From: Laetmonice hystrix
Lineage: Eukaryota
DNA: 64,000 bases
Assembly: GCA_965235115.1 (NCBI GenBank)
Contig: OZ249440.1
Span: 9,238,001-9,302,000 of the forward strand
Direction of reading: 5' to 3'
Shown here: one piece after another, positions 62,230 to 64,000 of the stretch
Numbering within the stretch: the stretch's first letter is position 1
Layout of the letters: the number at the start of each line of letters is the position of its first letter
Notes under the pieces: generated by a model
Told to the model about the DNA's origin: nothing
Seen by the model: only the letters and a program-made list of their open reading frames with translations
Database searches by the model: none
Translations under genes and position numbers: made by a program

Positions 62230-63620
62230 TTGGTGATGCCGCCGTGTCGTCCTCTATGGTAGGGGTGTCGTGTCGTGCGGCGCCGTTGCCCTGCCACGCT
62301 GTTGCCACAGCCGGTCTGACAAAATACGACTCTATGACCATTGTTAATACCACCCGATAGAAGCGATCACAATGATAGACATGACGTCTCTTTACCGTGA
62401 TCGCCGTCACAGACACAATAAATACCGTCATTATCGACGATCGAGAGGGAACGCCTTTAAAAAAACACTCAGAGACCCGACTGCTGGCTAGTGAGAACTC
62501 CTCCCTGTGCCCATCCACAGAACGTCTCATAACAACGTAAACACCTCCTCGTAACCCATCCATTCACCACCTCAGGTCGACCATAAACAAGAGTTAGCGG
62601 TCGTCGTGTAACAACATGGAGTTAGGGCTGACTTGAGATGGGGGCCGTCTGGTGGTGGAAGCCATCTAACGACCCCCCTGGCGGTGGGCAGGGGAAGCAA
62701 AGCTTGACGTTATATGCCGTCACATCCTAGCAGTTAGCGCACTGAGGACCTTCTAGACGTAAAATGGCACTTAATTATGTGCGGTAGAACGCAAGGTAGG
62801 AGCTATGTAAGCGATCTAATAGGTAGGAAAGCATTAGTGACAATAGGCACCATCTCTTTGAGGACTATTCCTATAGATCCATCCCATTTTCTCATGTCAA
62901 GTTTATTGAAGTCTGGCTAGTTTATCACTGGGCGTATCTTGGTACCTTGGTACCTGACCTTACAATGATAAAAGGTCTCCAAATGAATATCCTTGAGTTC
63001 ATCAGTCTTTTAAACAAGGGAGGTATACATGGGATATCTGTAATGTGTTTGGAAGTACACACAGGTTGGTCGAGTAGCCTGGGTACTTGGTCCCAGCCTT
63101 GAGGTGATCGAGTCGGTCGGGACTGATCGTCCGATCCGTCCGTCTGTGCGTGGGCCCACCAATAAACAGCTTCTACAATTGATCCGTTAATATTGACGGA
63201 AGCGGACACGGCTAGGTCGCCGACCCCGCATAGTAAGCTTCATTCAGCAGGCCTCACTCGCACCAGGCTACCCTGTTACCACGGCAATATAAAACAACGT
63301 ATCAATAGTGGTGCAAGCTTTCAATCGGCAATAGCCTATCAATACGGCCAGCGGCGGCCGGCCTTGTGTGTACCGCCATGTTAATATCGGTATTGATCTC
63401 AATGTCGATAGCGCCAAGCAGCAAGGATATTACGCTCAATTTCCGCTATAATAATATAAATATTGACCCTTGTACCTCAGCCAAGCTATATTTGCAAATT
63501 TTGCCACCATTTTAAACCTTTCATGTTCTGTCTGCATAGAAGTTGCATCGCCTTGGAGTAACATAAGTAGTATATGAGAGTAAGCGAAGATTTGAAATAG
63601 AAACACAGACAGACACAGAT
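62230..63620 (-). mobile_element. Ngaro-type relic (RT end > RNase H > YR)
   Basis: LLGAIDIEINT (~63420; cf. FLGIEID), NINGSIV..AQTDGS..HITDIPCIP (62925 ORF; cf. WNG..TDAS..HIxxLELxPI), FSLASSRVSE and ITVKRRHVYHCDRF (61901 ORF; cf. LAFxGxLRVSE, IxxSKTDQF). Confidence 0.5.
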
Positions 63621-64000
63621 GCATGTGTGTGCTAGCTTTGGCTTCCGCAGAGCAAACGAAAGATCTGTATTTTCATGAAGATTTTTCGATATAGAATTTC
63701 GATTTGCTCGCCTCTACGCCGGAGGCACCAAGTTCTGATGCCATGTCATTACGGAAAATATCAATGGAGATGCCTTACCCCTAGAGAAATTGATGTAACT
63801 GAATACTGAAGTTCAATCAGAAGACAGAATTGGCATTTTATTCATGAATGAATGCAATTTTCTTTCAAGTTGATGCACTTCCAATTAATGATCCGAGAGA
63901 TTTCCAAGTAATAGCGGTATTAGATGTTGTTTTATACAAGCTATTGAAAATGTCCTTTCCAGTTAATTCAAATAGATGTGCTTATAATTCTGACTAAATA

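Noticed and set aside
63476-63551. Exon-like segment on the minus strand (GDATSMQTEHERFKMVAKFANIAWL)
   Set aside because: Weak AAG acceptor and GTACAA donor, no recognisable protein, and it lies within a TE relic.

Overview
This window is animal (probably invertebrate) genomic DNA and is almost entirely intronic. I can support only one host coding exon: a 58-nt internal exon (14792-14849, +) encoding EMKVNWATSPGNQPKQDTS, the end of RRM1 plus linker of a TIA-1/TIAR (Rox8-like) RNA-binding protein, with canonical splice sites. I found neither neighbouring constitutive exon, so the flanking introns appear to be >=14.8 kb and >=49 kb. Manual translation suggests that roughly two-thirds of the window is tiled, on both strands, by about 28 heavily decayed fragments of tyrosine-recombinase (DIRS/Ngaro-type) retrotransposons. 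Several keep the colinear order gag > RT > RNase H > YR. These calls rest on by-eye matches to family consensus motifs recalled from memory, at low identity and with approximate boundaries; no database or HMM search was run. Superimposed are about a dozen unrelated minisatellites (20-53 bp units, one with a higher-order duplication) and about 30 poly-G/poly-C tracts, many of which interrupt the relic reading frames. Candidate cryptic splicing elements (poison exon, microexon, recursive sites) are reported at low confidence. I saw no rRNA, tRNA, CRISPR array or intact transposase. Most ORFs in the supplied track are repeat-derived or chance ORFs.
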